Position numbers and translations under genes: made by a program
IMG/VR virus record: IMGVR_UViG_3300042879_003566
Location: 1-64,000 of that record
Length of the DNA: 64,000 nucleotides
Origin: a virus
Reading direction: 5' to 3' (one strand)
The notes under the pieces: model-generated
The model's input: only the letters and a program-made list of their open reading frames with translations
Databases searched by the model: none
Told to the model about the DNA's origin: nothing
Shown: positions 1-9,509 of the stretch, in pieces
Layout of the letters: each line of letters starts with the position of its first letter
How positions within the stretch are numbered: the first letter of the stretch is position 1

Positions 1-2
1 CT

Positions 3-173
3 GAGGAGTTCAAGCCCTACGACGAGGTGATCATGAAGCAAATCCCTGGCGCTGATCACACGACTGCTGAAGCTGCTCGTCAAGCCATCCGCGACAAGTA
101 CGCCTTGATTCAGGATGTAATTGAAGGAGCGTCTACTCCAGAGGAGATCAAGGCAGCTCTTGAGGCGTCGTAG
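3..173 (+). CDS. 3' end of a small protein, probably tail-fibre associated (partial)
   Basis: Open frame ...EEFKPYDEVIMKQIPG...STPEEIKAALEAS* ends at TAG 171-173, directly before tail-fibre genes. Confidence 0.5.
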   Translation, partial: EEFKPYDEVIMKQIPGADHTTAEAARQAIRDKYALIQDVIEGASTPEEIKAALEAS

Positions 174-234
174 TCCTACTCACTTCCATGACAAACACAA
201 GCATTTTATACTGGCAATATAAAGGTAACAACTA

Positions 235-1611
235 ATGGCTAAAGTTCGTATTAATGGGGATACATCTGGTTACATCGAATTAGCTTCCCCTGCTGCTGCT
301 GGATCCAATACAATTACCCTTCCGTCGAGTAACGGTAGTGCTAACCAGCTGCTTAAAAACAGTGGTACAGCTGGGACCTTGGACTGGTCCACACTCACTG
401 AAGATTCCAGTGGAAACTTAAATATTGATAGTGGGACGTTATATGTAGATGCAAGTAATAACAGGGTGGGTGTTGGGACTACGAGTCCACGCAATGTATT
501 AGACGTAAATGGAACTATATATGTAGCAGGTGGCAATCAAATTCAAATTACAGGTAGTGGTGGAACAACTGGTCTTCAACTAATTGGTCAAGATGCAGCC
601 GAATCTTTAATTGGCACAATGAGTGCGCAAGCACTTGCCATAAGAACCAATTCTACGGAACGTGCTCGTATTGATAGTTCTGGGCGTTTGCTAGTTGGCA
701 CGTCTTCTAGCGCCAGTACAACTGATGCGCAATATGGTCTATTGCAAATTCAGGGTAACGGTACAAGTTCTTCAGGTGGTGCAATTCTTACCTTAAGAAG
801 GGGTGAAGCAGCTACCAGTATTACTTCTGGTGAAACATTAGGATACATCGTTTTTACTGATACTTCTGGGAACAGGTTTGGCGAAATTTACTGTGATGCT
901 GATGGCACGGCAGGTTCAAGTGATTATCCAGGCCGCCTAGTGTTCTCCACTACCGCCGATGGAGCGAGCAGTCCGACAGAGCGGATGAGGATTACGAATG
1001 GTGGACTGTTAAAAGCTACAACTGGTACTCAAACAAGCCGATACACAAATAGCACTAACCACGCAATTGTTAGCGATAAAAGCACTGAATTTTTACTTGT
1101 CTGTAACCATACAAGTTCAACAAATCCAAATGGAATTGCGATTGAATACACTGCAGCTAGCCCTAACAATACTAGCAATAACTTCCTTGAATGTATTGAT
1201 TCTACAACTGTACGAGCTGTTTTTCGCTCAAACGGCGGCTTAGCCAACTACAGCGGTAACAATGTTAATCTTTGCGACCGCAATGCCAAAAAAGACATCG
1301 CACCTGCCGATGGAACATGGGATTGCCTGAAAGAGTGGGAAATCGTCAATTTCCGTTATAAGGACCAACCCGATGATGCCGATCTAAATATGGGCGTCAT
1401 TGCCCAGCAAATTGCTGAAAGTTGCCCAGAAGCAATCACTGTCTTCCAAGAAGCTACTGAAGATCAACCAGAGAAACTTGGTGTCAAAGAGCAACAAATG
1501 ATGTGGATGGCCATCAAGGCTCTCCAAGAAGCTCAACTTAGGATTGAACAATTAGAAACCTTAAACGTTTCGTTTGAAGCACGTCTTGCTGCCCTGGAGG
1601 TGAAGCCATGA
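235..1611 (+). CDS. Tail fibre protein with C-terminal intramolecular chaperone (peptidase S74-like)
   Basis: G/S/T-rich fibre repeats (RVGVGTTSP, ERARIDSSGRLLVGT, PGRLVFSTTADG); C-terminal CDRNAKKDI...GVIAQ...coiled coil. Confidence 0.8.
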   Translation: MAKVRINGDTSGYIELASPAAAGSNTITLPSSNGSANQLLKNSGTAGTLDWSTLTEDSSGNLNIDSGTLYVDASNNRVGVGTTSPRNVLDVNGTIYVAGGNQIQITGSGGTTGLQLIGQDAAESLIGTMSAQALAIRTNSTERARIDSSGRLLVGTSSSASTTDAQYGLLQIQGNGTSSSGGAILTLRRGEAATSITSGETLGYIVFTDTSGNRFGEIYCDADGTAGSSDYPGRLVFSTTADGASSPTERMRITNGGLLKATTGTQTSRYTNSTNHAIVSDKSTEFLLVCNHTSSTNPNGIAIEYTAASPNNTSNNFLECIDSTTVRAVFRSNGGLANYSGNNVNLCDRNAKKDIAPADGTWDCLKEWEIVNFRYKDQPDDADLNMGVIAQQIAESCPEAITVFQEATEDQPEKLGVKEQQMMWMAIKALQEAQLRIEQLETLNVSFEARLAALEVKP

Positions 1612-3389
1612 GTACCGTTAAAGTAATCCAAATTCAGCACCCAAGTGCTGCCTCTGCTGCTCTCACCCTGGATTCCAGCGGTAACCTTACTACCAGCGGT
1701 ACCCTTACCTTCCCTGCAGGCTCGGCATCTGCACCAGCTATTCAAGCCACTGGCGACCCAAACACCGGACTGTTCTTTCCAGCAGCAGATACCATCGCAT
1801 TTGCAGAAGGTGGTACCGAAGTATTAAGGATTGATTCATCTGGACGATTAGGTCTGGGGACTTCTAGTGCTGACGCACGTTTAACAATTCAGCGTCCGAC
1901 AAACAATCAAGGCATCTCTGGTGGAATTTCCTTCAAAGGGCAAGATGGAACAACTCAGGGCGGCATCGGAACTGATGGCGTAAATACTAACAACCTTCAG
2001 ATCCTTGCAACTCAGGGTATTTATTTCCACACTGGCAATACAGACGGCACAACAAACATCCGCGCCACACTTGATTCCTCAGGCCGATTAGGGATTGGCA
2101 CTACTTCGCCCAGCGTTCGCTTGCATGTAAACGTCGATTCTGCGTCCGAAACTGACGTTGCCCGTTTTCAGGCAACAGATGGCTCAGATGTTCAATTCCT
2201 CGACATTGGTGTTGATGCAGCGAGCAATCTTGTCTCCTACGACGCAACCGGCAGCACCGGCGGAGCGCATGTATGGAGGAGAGGCGGAAGCGAGGCGATG
2301 CGAATTGATAGTTCGTCGCGTCTGTTAGTTGGCACGTCTTCGAGCCGCACTGATTACAAGCTACAGGTAGAGGGAACTGCATCAAGCAACGGGTGGGGAT
2401 CTTTTGTTCATAATTCAAATGATTCTACAGGTGCAATTTTTAAACTGCTCAAGTCAAGAGGAACAGCCGTTGGCAGCAATACTGTCGTTCAAAGTGGTGA
2501 CTCTCTTGGAAGGATTGACTTTGACGGTGCAGATGGGAGCACCAATCAGACCGCTGCAACTATTCGTTGCGACGTAGACGGCACCCCTGGCGCTGGTGAC
2601 ATGCCAGGCCGATTAGTGTTCTCCACTACGGCAGATGGCACTTCTAGTCCTACGGAGCGGATGAGGATTTCACAAGGGGGATTTGTTGGAATTGGCGAAA
2701 CAGCACCAGACCGTCAATTAACAGTTAAAACAACTGAAAATGGGCGCTGGGTAATTTCTGGACAACATACTCAAGCAAGCGGACAGCTACTGCATCTCAA
2801 TGCCAATAGCAGCTCTTATGCCGATGTAATGAGCCAACTGAGATGTGATCGCGCTGCAAATAGTGCTTATTCATTTTTCATAATGGACTCTAACTATGCG
2901 GCTACCCCCGACCGAGAGTTCACGATACGTGGCGATGGCAACGCCTTTGCAGATGGCACTTGGTCCGGTGGCGGCGCCGACTACGCCGAATACTTTGAAT
3001 GGAGCGACGGCAACCTTGATGAGGAAGACCGCCGTGGTATCAGCGTTGTTCTGGATGGCAATCAAATCCGCCCTGCTGCTGATGGCGAAGATCCCATTGG
3101 CGTCATCTCTGGTAACCCCAGCGTGGTCGGTGATGCTGCTTGGAACAAGTGGGTCGGCAAGTATTTGCGCGACGACTACGGCACCTACATCCTTGATGAA
3201 AACGGTGACCGACAGCTCAACCCCGCCTACGACCCCGATCAGGAATACGTTCCCCGCGAACAACGCCCAGAGTGGGATTGCGTTGGTCTGATGGGAAAAC
3301 TCCGCATCCGCAAGGGTCAACGTACCGGCAGCCGTTGGATCAAGATGCGCGACATCAGCGATTCCGTTGAAGAATGGTTGGTCCGCTGA
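1608..3389 (+). CDS. Tail fibre protein with C-terminal peptidase G2-like autocleaving chaperone
   Basis: Same fibre repeats; GGADYAEYFEW...IGVIS...REQRPEWDCVGLMGKL C-terminal signature. Confidence 0.75.
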   Translation: MSTVKVIQIQHPSAASAALTLDSSGNLTTSGTLTFPAGSASAPAIQATGDPNTGLFFPAADTIAFAEGGTEVLRIDSSGRLGLGTSSADARLTIQRPTNNQGISGGISFKGQDGTTQGGIGTDGVNTNNLQILATQGIYFHTGNTDGTTNIRATLDSSGRLGIGTTSPSVRLHVNVDSASETDVARFQATDGSDVQFLDIGVDAASNLVSYDATGSTGGAHVWRRGGSEAMRIDSSSRLLVGTSSSRTDYKLQVEGTASSNGWGSFVHNSNDSTGAIFKLLKSRGTAVGSNTVVQSGDSLGRIDFDGADGSTNQTAATIRCDVDGTPGAGDMPGRLVFSTTADGTSSPTERMRISQGGFVGIGETAPDRQLTVKTTENGRWVISGQHTQASGQLLHLNANSSSYADVMSQLRCDRAANSAYSFFIMDSNYAATPDREFTIRGDGNAFADGTWSGGGADYAEYFEWSDGNLDEEDRRGISVVLDGNQIRPAADGEDPIGVISGNPSVVGDAAWNKWVGKYLRDDYGTYILDENGDRQLNPAYDPDQEYVPREQRPEWDCVGLMGKLRIRKGQRTGSRWIKMRDISDSVEEWLVR

Positions 3390-3446
3390 GACCTTGTAGT
3401 CCTACTCACTAATTAATTGGTTTAAAATAAAGAAAAACATTTGACC

Positions 3447-3770
3447 ATGGCTAACGCTACCTGGGACATCGCAAACCTTGAGCGCCACCTCCCCGATGGT
3501 GACACCTGCCCTGACGGCGCCATCTACACCGTTCACTACACCGTCAGCCTCACAGAAGATGGTGAAACTGCCGGTGCCTATGGCAGCGTTGGCCTTGGCG
3601 CTCCCGACCCCGATTCCTTCACTCCCTTCAGTGAAGTGACCAAAGAAGAAGCCGTTAACTGGGTGCTCTCTGCCCTGGGCCCCGATCAAGTTGTCTCCAT
3701 CGAAGAGGCCCTTTACAACCAGATCCAACAGAAGGTGCACCCCACTTCTGCTGATGGTGTGCCCTGGTGA
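3447..3770 (+). CDS. Small acidic tail-associated protein
   Basis: WDIANLER...VHY...YGSVGL...FTPFSEVT...GVPW pattern typical of proteins after phage fibres; TAAAAT -10 box at 3423. Confidence 0.6.
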   Translation: MANATWDIANLERHLPDGDTCPDGAIYTVHYTVSLTEDGETAGAYGSVGLGAPDPDSFTPFSEVTKEEAVNWVLSALGPDQVVSIEEALYNQIQQKVHPTSADGVPW

Positions 3771-3846
3771 TTCGGATAAACCGAAATCATCGGCTAACTT
3801 GAATTAATAGACCTGACCTAAAGTTGTATTAAAAGCTTTAGGTCAG

Positions 3847-4866
3847 ATGTCCATAAAACTTCTGGATGCCGTTGAGCATTTTAAGAATCTTCCTCATCAA
3901 ATAGAGGCATGGGAATGGTTGCAGCAAGCAATTACCCCTGACCTTCTGGAAGAATTTGCAGAAAAATATCGGGAAGCTCCCAAAGAAGAATTTGCCAACA
4001 CCTGGGAAGGTGTCCTTGCTGCAGCACAAAAAGTAGGCGCCAAATACCCAGAGGTTGTAGCCGCTCAGTGGGCATTGGAAAGTGCATGGGGCAAGCACAC
4101 ATCCTGCAATCACAATTACTTCGGTATCAAAGACGTTCAAGGCAGTGGCTGTTGCGTCAAGACACAAGAGGTGTACAACGGTAAGGAAGTCACAATTGCC
4201 GCTTGGTTCAAACGATTCCCAACCCTTTACAGCTGCGTTGAGCATTTAGTCAATCGCTGGTACAAAGACTACAAAGGATACAAAGGAGTCAATAGGGCTG
4301 GCAGTCGCAACGAATGCGCACAACTCTTGACGAAAGAGGGATATGCCACAGACCCGAACTACGCTACAAAACTGATCCAAATTATGGATCAAAAGTTAGG
4401 TACTGCAGGCACAGCACCGAAACCCACAGATCCACCGCAAGCGCAAAAGTTCACACCCTGGAGTCCCTTCAGTTACAAAGTAACTCCGCATATCACATAC
4501 GGAGAGCTAACCCTTGGTGAGGAATCCAGGCGCTTTACCAAGCAATACCAGTGTGATACAGCACTTGAACTCTGCCGGTTCCTGGAAAAGGTCCGCTCAC
4601 AATTTGGTAACAAACCAATTGTCATCACAAGTGGGCACAGGCCGCCAGCCGTCAATCAAAAAATTGGTGGCGCAAAGAATTCCGAACATCTATACTCCGG
4701 TCCCGATGAAGGCGCCGTTGATTTCTACATCAAAGGTGCAGACACCTATGCCGTTGAAAAATACTGCGACAAAAATTGGCCGTACTCTGTTGGCTATGGT
4801 GCAGACCGTGGGTTTGTGCATTTAGGAATGCGATTGGGGAAACAACGAATCAGATGGGATTATTAA
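3847..4866 (+). CDS. Endolysin: glucosaminidase (GH73-like) plus peptidase M15 domain
   Basis: AQWALESAWG...NYFGIK...GYATDPNY (GH73); ITSGHR...N..IGGAKNSEH...AVD...FVHL (M15). Confidence 0.85.
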   Translation: MSIKLLDAVEHFKNLPHQIEAWEWLQQAITPDLLEEFAEKYREAPKEEFANTWEGVLAAAQKVGAKYPEVVAAQWALESAWGKHTSCNHNYFGIKDVQGSGCCVKTQEVYNGKEVTIAAWFKRFPTLYSCVEHLVNRWYKDYKGYKGVNRAGSRNECAQLLTKEGYATDPNYATKLIQIMDQKLGTAGTAPKPTDPPQAQKFTPWSPFSYKVTPHITYGELTLGEESRRFTKQYQCDTALELCRFLEKVRSQFGNKPIVITSGHRPPAVNQKIGGAKNSEHLYSGPDEGAVDFYIKGADTYAVEKYCDKNWPYSVGYGADRGFVHLGMRLGKQRIRWDY

Positions 4867-4867
4867 G

Positions 4868-5029
4868 GTGAAAAAGTACAAAGAACCTTATATACGCGTC
4901 AATATCTGCTGGGAAGTTAAAGATGAAAAAAAATGCGTAACCCTGTCAAAAGAACAGGCCTACGCAACGAGAGATTGGGTGGAACAGCGGGGCGGATGCG
5001 TCTACTGGTTCCAGGCTTTGCCAAGCTAA
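4868..5029 (+). CDS. Small hypothetical protein (53 aa)
   Basis: GTG start 1 nt after the endolysin stop; open to TAA 5027-5029. Confidence 0.5.
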   Translation: MKKYKEPYIRVNICWEVKDEKKCVTLSKEQAYATRDWVEQRGGCVYWFQALPS

Positions 5030-5194
5030 TCAGCGATCTTTGGCGCGACCAATATTCAGTGCCAGAAACTCAAGCACTTTATAAGCTTTGCCGAGGAAGT
5101 CATCATCCTTGAGAGTGGGAGTTAAGGCGCAGATAACAGAAGCAGCGGCGTGGATAGCCAGGGCCACTTCCAGGTAATCACGAAACTTTTCCAT
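5030..5194 (-). CDS. Small membrane protein, holin-like (54 aa)
   Basis: MEKFRDYLEVALAIHAAASVICALTPTLKDDDFLGK...: hydrophobic helix plus TPTxxDD motif, next to the endolysin. Confidence 0.5.
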   Translation of the reverse strand: MEKFRDYLEVALAIHAAASVICALTPTLKDDDFLGKAYKVLEFLALNIGRAKDR

Positions 5195-5212
5195 GGGTAT
5201 AATCCATTTCTT

Positions 5213-5653
5213 TTATTCTACAAACCTTGGCTTATAAAAGAAAAAAGATTTGTATTCGTCTGATATTTCCCACCGATTGTCTTCATGTTTTAGAAACCAT
5301 TTCTTCCATACTTCAAACTGTTTATCGGGCAGTGCCGATTCACAGCGCAAACACATGGAGTCGCCTTCAGGAAGTTCTTTCATCCATTGACGCACCTGGC
5401 GAATAGCAATCGCCTGTGTCTTGGGGCCAAACCTACCGGTCAAACTCGAACTCAACCGTGACACGGATTTTTTCTTTCGTTGTGTCATCCAGTCGCTTAG
5501 TTGTCTTTTTGATTTGCCGACCGCTAAGCTCGCAAGCCACACGCACCCTTTCTGGGTACGAATCCATGGCTTCAATCGCATCTTGAGGATCATCCCATCC
5601 GGCAAAGAAATCATCCCAATCTTCTTTGCGCGTCGTGGTCTGTATGTTGTCAC
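5213..5653 (-). CDS. Hypothetical protein
   Basis: 146-aa ORF within a minus-strand run. Confidence 0.55.
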   Translation of the reverse strand: MTTYRPRRAKKIGMISLPDGMILKMRLKPWIRTQKGCVWLASLAVGKSKRQLSDWMTQRKKKSVSRLSSSLTGRFGPKTQAIAIRQVRQWMKELPEGDSMCLRCESALPDKQFEVWKKWFLKHEDNRWEISDEYKSFFFYKPRFVE

Positions 5654-5790
5654 TGCCCATCACTCTTCATAAATACGACAACTAGCCGACCAGGGCTGGT
5701 CTTTGCAATAACAATCTAAAAGTTGTTTTGTTGTCTTGGGCTTCTTATTAATGCGGAACACGTAATTAATAAGACGTTGCAGTTTAGCAA

Positions 5791-6516
5791 TCATGGTCTT
5801 GTCGTCAAAGGAACAAAGACTTCAGGGAAGGGTGAATCAATGGGATGCTCACGGTTCCAGGCAGTTTGCCACTCAGAAAGCGAATGTTCATGCTCTTCTG
5901 CACCCGTGTAGCTTGGAGTGGTATCTAGGAGAACAGCACTTTCAGCAATAATGTCCTCAAAAAGAATACGCGAAAAATCTTCTAAGAGAAGGAAAGGTGT
6001 TGGATCTGCAACTTCAATAACAATACCAACAGCATAATCAAGACGCTCGTTGCGTGTACTGGAAATACACAACAAATACTCCCCTACTCCCAAGGGAAAG
6101 TACATGTCATCGCCACGGTCCAAGCGTGCAGGATTAAAGACGTTATATAAATCTGACCCAGCACTCATCACGTGCCCAACATAGGGGTGAATAATATCTC
6201 CTTCACTATTAACAGTTTCTACACTATTGGCATCAAAGACACCGCGACTTTCAATCGGATTACGGTTTAAGTCGTAAGCAGAGACTTGAATATATTTCGG
6301 ACGTGGGCCGCCCTTGGCGATGATGATCCAACCCGGTGTACTAAGCGTAACTTTGAACCAATGGTTATATGTACCGCCGCCATAGCCACCACTAATTACC
6401 TGGCTCAGTGGGCCCAGGGTTCCGGTCAAATAACGCAACGATGTTTGGCTAAATGAACCAAGCGGCAACGGATCATTAGCTGTCCGCTGCCTCTGATTCA
6501 ATTGATTACGAGACAT
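5791..6516 (-). CDS. Hypothetical protein, possibly structural
   Basis: 241-aa ORF, beta-rich composition. Confidence 0.6.
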   Translation of the reverse strand: MSRNQLNQRQRTANDPLPLGSFSQTSLRYLTGTLGPLSQVISGGYGGGTYNHWFKVTLSTPGWIIIAKGGPRPKYIQVSAYDLNRNPIESRGVFDANSVETVNSEGDIIHPYVGHVMSAGSDLYNVFNPARLDRGDDMYFPLGVGEYLLCISSTRNERLDYAVGIVIEVADPTPFLLLEDFSRILFEDIIAESAVLLDTTPSYTGAEEHEHSLSEWQTAWNREHPIDSPFPEVFVPLTTRP

Positions 6517-6533
6517 TATCGACCATTAATTTT

Positions 6534-7205
6534 CTATCCCTCATCATAATCGGGGGGATCCTTGGCGCATAAGGGATGACGTATGGTATGGCGATAGGAA
6601 TCACGAATGACATCATTTTCTCTTCCGGCGTGAGAAGCATTGGTGATCAGCATTAATTGCTCTGGCCTGAACTCCGTCACAAACGGATGGACATTCGCAG
6701 GTGGCATCCCGATATTCCAGCTGGAGATCAGATGAAGTGGGTTGCCGCACCAGGGATTACCACATGCCTTGCTGATGACAAGCGAACCGACATCCCCCCA
6801 AGCACATTGGTAAATCAACTTTTGTGGCGTGACGTTTTCAGAGGCACGTCCCGTATAAAACGAACGATACGACGGGAAGCACATACGCCTGGGCGTCTTG
6901 GCACCAGGGAGATTCATGTCCCAACATTCGTCCGGTTCACCGATTCGTACTGATTTCCACAAGGATTCGTACTTGTAGTTGTAGTACGGGTGAAGGAAGT
7001 TCATGTTGAAGCCACAGATATTCGATTTGATCTTGATGACGCAGTGGTAGCACCAATGGTGTTGTGCGTCGCGAATGGTGTGGCGGTGGGCGCAGGGATA
7101 CCCCCTGTAATACCCATGAGACTTAAGTTGAGAATCGTCTAGCGAGTCAATGTCCCGGACGTAGCGGAAGGCAATTGGCTCAAGGACTTTGGTCAAGTTG
7201 GCCAT
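6534..7205 (-). CDS. His-Me finger/HNH-like zinc-binding protein
   Basis: CxxxH...CxxC at N-terminus; ECW...CGNPWCGNPLHL. Confidence 0.55.
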   Translation of the reverse strand: MANLTKVLEPIAFRYVRDIDSLDDSQLKSHGYYRGYPCAHRHTIRDAQHHWCYHCVIKIKSNICGFNMNFLHPYYNYKYESLWKSVRIGEPDECWDMNLPGAKTPRRMCFPSYRSFYTGRASENVTPQKLIYQCAWGDVGSLVISKACGNPWCGNPLHLISSWNIGMPPANVHPFVTEFRPEQLMLITNASHAGRENDVIRDSYRHTIRHPLCAKDPPDYDEG

Positions 7206-7558
7206 CAGTTCCAGCTCCAGTCAGGCTTGCGTTCCTTCCGTCGGGGCTGCCAGCAGGCGTGCAACTCCCTCCTGTTGTCCCGGTTGTGGTTGTAGTGGTG
7301 GTGCTTCACGCCGTGGGAGTCAGGGCAATCGCCAGTGCGTAAGTAGTAGACGATGCGATGGGCAAGATACACCTCGTTGTCGATGGACACCTGGTAGAAC
7401 CCCGACTGCCTGTGGCGGCGCTCAACAAACTCCCCGGACCCCACCCACCGGAGCCCACTGGGGTGATCGTCCGTTAATTCCAGGAGTTGTTCCAAGTGCC
7501 AGAGGGGTGGGAGTGGTTTGTAGTTGTGTGGCAAAACAGAGAATAGGAATGAAATCAC
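7205..7558 (-). CDS. HNH endonuclease-like protein
   Basis: SGLRW...YLAHRIVYYL..G..P....H...NRDNR. Confidence 0.6.
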   Translation of the reverse strand: MISFLFSVLPHNYKPLPPLWHLEQLLELTDDHPSGLRWVGSGEFVERRHRQSGFYQVSIDNEVYLAHRIVYYLRTGDCPDSHGVKHHHYNHNRDNRRELHACWQPRRKERKPDWSWN

Positions 7559-7778
7559 TTAATACTAATGCGTGTTACACGATGCGCACGGTGTAGTAAC
7601 GTATTCTTCTTTTTCTTATGAGTCTCATGAGAAGCAGAATGGATGACTACACGCCGGCCACCGTGTAACGCGCCCTTCTATTAAACGAAATAACTCCTAT
7701 TCTCTGTTTTACGCACATCTACCCCTCTTTTCACCTCACCCGCCTCACCTGCGTCTCATTCCAAGACTCCTGGCCAAT

Positions 7779-7812
7779 AAAAAACCCCACCTTCCGTAGC
7801 GGAGGGCGGGGG
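7779..7812 (-). terminator. Rho-independent terminator
   Basis: CCCCGCCCTCCG-CTA-CGGAAGGTGGGG followed by T6, downstream of the GT4 gene. Confidence 0.75.
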
Positions 7813-7849
7813 GAGAGGCAGTGCGTTCATGCCTTCATGCCGCATGAAT

Positions 7850-9124
7850 TTATGCAGGCACCAATTCCTTCTTCTTTTTCTTGTCCTTCTTTTTCTTACG
7901 AGGCGTCTCAGCCGAGACGGTGTCTTCTACGCTGTGATCCACATCGTTCATCACGTCCTCGAAGATGCCGCCAAATTGGGAGGCCACCGTATCCCACGCA
8001 AACTGAGCATCGGTTGCCCGCTGGTAGCACAGTTCGGCCACAGCGTCCAACTTATGACGGTTTTCGTATAGATCCGTGAGGATTTCAGCGAGGTGATCGT
8101 CGGAGGGGCAGGGCATCTCCCGTGCGTAGTTGATGTCCACATCCACGTGGTCGCAACGGATCAGCTTGCCGTAACCGTTGAAGATCTCCTTGCAGGAGGT
8201 GTGGTCAGGCACCACCTGTGCAACGCGGCAGGCAGCGTGTTCAAAGTTAACCAGGCCCCAGCCCTCACCTTTGCAGGTATTCACGCCCACATCGACAGCG
8301 TTATAGATGTTATTCAGCATCTCCACCGACACGTTCGGCGGGGAAGGCCCAACCGTGGTGTTGATGATGCGGTGGTTCGGGTCCATGCCATTCTTCTGCA
8401 TTTCACGAGCGAAGACCGACATGATGTCCCAGCCCTGGTCCTTCTGCCCCATGTGCAGATACAGCTGGGTATCAGGCTTGTCCTTAGCAAACTTGGCGAA
8501 GGCCGAAATGGTTAAGTCAATCCGCTTACGGAATTGATTACGGTTGCCATTGAAGACAATGAAGATGTCCTCAGGCAGGCCCAGTGCCCTCCGAGCTTCC
8601 TTCTTATCCACTGGATAGAACTGACCAGGTGTCACACCATGGGGAATCACCGCGATGGGCTTGTTGATTCCACCCTTCACAAACTCGTGAGCGCCAAATT
8701 CCGTATAGGAAATGATGGCGTCCCAGTCGTTAGCAGTCTCCGACAGGCACCCGATCCAGTTGTAGGAGTCCATGGGGACATAACCCACGAACTTAAACTT
8801 CTTCTGCTGGTGCAGATCCTGGATACGCCGGTACTGTTCGTTGACGATCCACATGTCGTTGATCGAGAAGACGATGTCAGGCTGCTCGGCCTCAACGATC
8901 TCCCGAATGCGTTCCTCACCAAAAGGTGCGGTTTGGTAACGGTTGGACGAAGGGTACATCTTGTACCGTTCACAGAGCGGATGCGGGTCGCCCCACCAAT
9001 TGTTCCCCAGAACAACAATTTCAAAGTTGTCATCCAACCGTGAGATGACGTTTTCTGTTACGCGGGCAAAACCCGTCATTGCGACGATGTCTCCGCACCA
9101 CAAGATCTTCGTCTTTTTACTCAT
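7850..9124 (-). CDS. Glycosyltransferase family 4 (GT-B)
   Basis: TGFARV...PHGV...NRNQFRKR...YNAVDV...GEGWGLVNFEHAAC. Confidence 0.85.
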   Translation of the reverse strand: MSKKTKILWCGDIVAMTGFARVTENVISRLDDNFEIVVLGNNWWGDPHPLCERYKMYPSSNRYQTAPFGEERIREIVEAEQPDIVFSINDMWIVNEQYRRIQDLHQQKKFKFVGYVPMDSYNWIGCLSETANDWDAIISYTEFGAHEFVKGGINKPIAVIPHGVTPGQFYPVDKKEARRALGLPEDIFIVFNGNRNQFRKRIDLTISAFAKFAKDKPDTQLYLHMGQKDQGWDIMSVFAREMQKNGMDPNHRIINTTVGPSPPNVSVEMLNNIYNAVDVGVNTCKGEGWGLVNFEHAACRVAQVVPDHTSCKEIFNGYGKLIRCDHVDVDINYAREMPCPSDDHLAEILTDLYENRHKLDAVAELCYQRATDAQFAWDTVASQFGGIFEDVMNDVDHSVEDTVSAETPRKKKKDKKKKKELVPA

Positions 9125-9147
9125 TTAAGCGGACTTATCTCGATTTA

Positions 9148-9507
9148 CTATACACAAATTGACGGTGTTGTTGACCGCAATAGTTCCTTTTCTTCCGATA
9201 TTTTTGCCTTGAGTTTATGCTTTAAAAACTCTGCCGCCTTATGAGTCTTCGTCTTATCGCCACAGGTATAAAGATCGATAGCGCAATAACCCAACTCCGG
9301 CCAGGTGTGAATCGATGCGTGGGATTCAGCCAGGAGTGCCAGTAGCGTCACCCCTTGCGGCTGAAACTTCTCACCAAAGATCCGAAGAATAGTGGCGTTG
9401 CTCATCAAGAGTGCCGTCTCAAGCAACCTGGACAACTCGTCATAGTCATCCAGGAGTGCATGATCACACTCATACAGATCCAATATGAGGTGGCGTCCGT
9501 TGCTCAC
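9148..9507 (-). CDS. speD: S-adenosylmethionine decarboxylase proenzyme
   Basis: GRHLILDLY...FQPQGVT...LAESHASIHTWPE...DLYTCG. Confidence 0.9.
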   Translation of the reverse strand: MSNGRHLILDLYECDHALLDDYDELSRLLETALLMSNATILRIFGEKFQPQGVTLLALLAESHASIHTWPELGYCAIDLYTCGDKTKTHKAAEFLKHKLKAKISEEKELLRSTTPSICV

Positions 9508-9509
9508 AA

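Noticed and set aside
7610-7760. GTCTCA/TGAGA palindromic bits as origin iterons (also near 12405)
   Set aside because: Too few and too short to distinguish from chance
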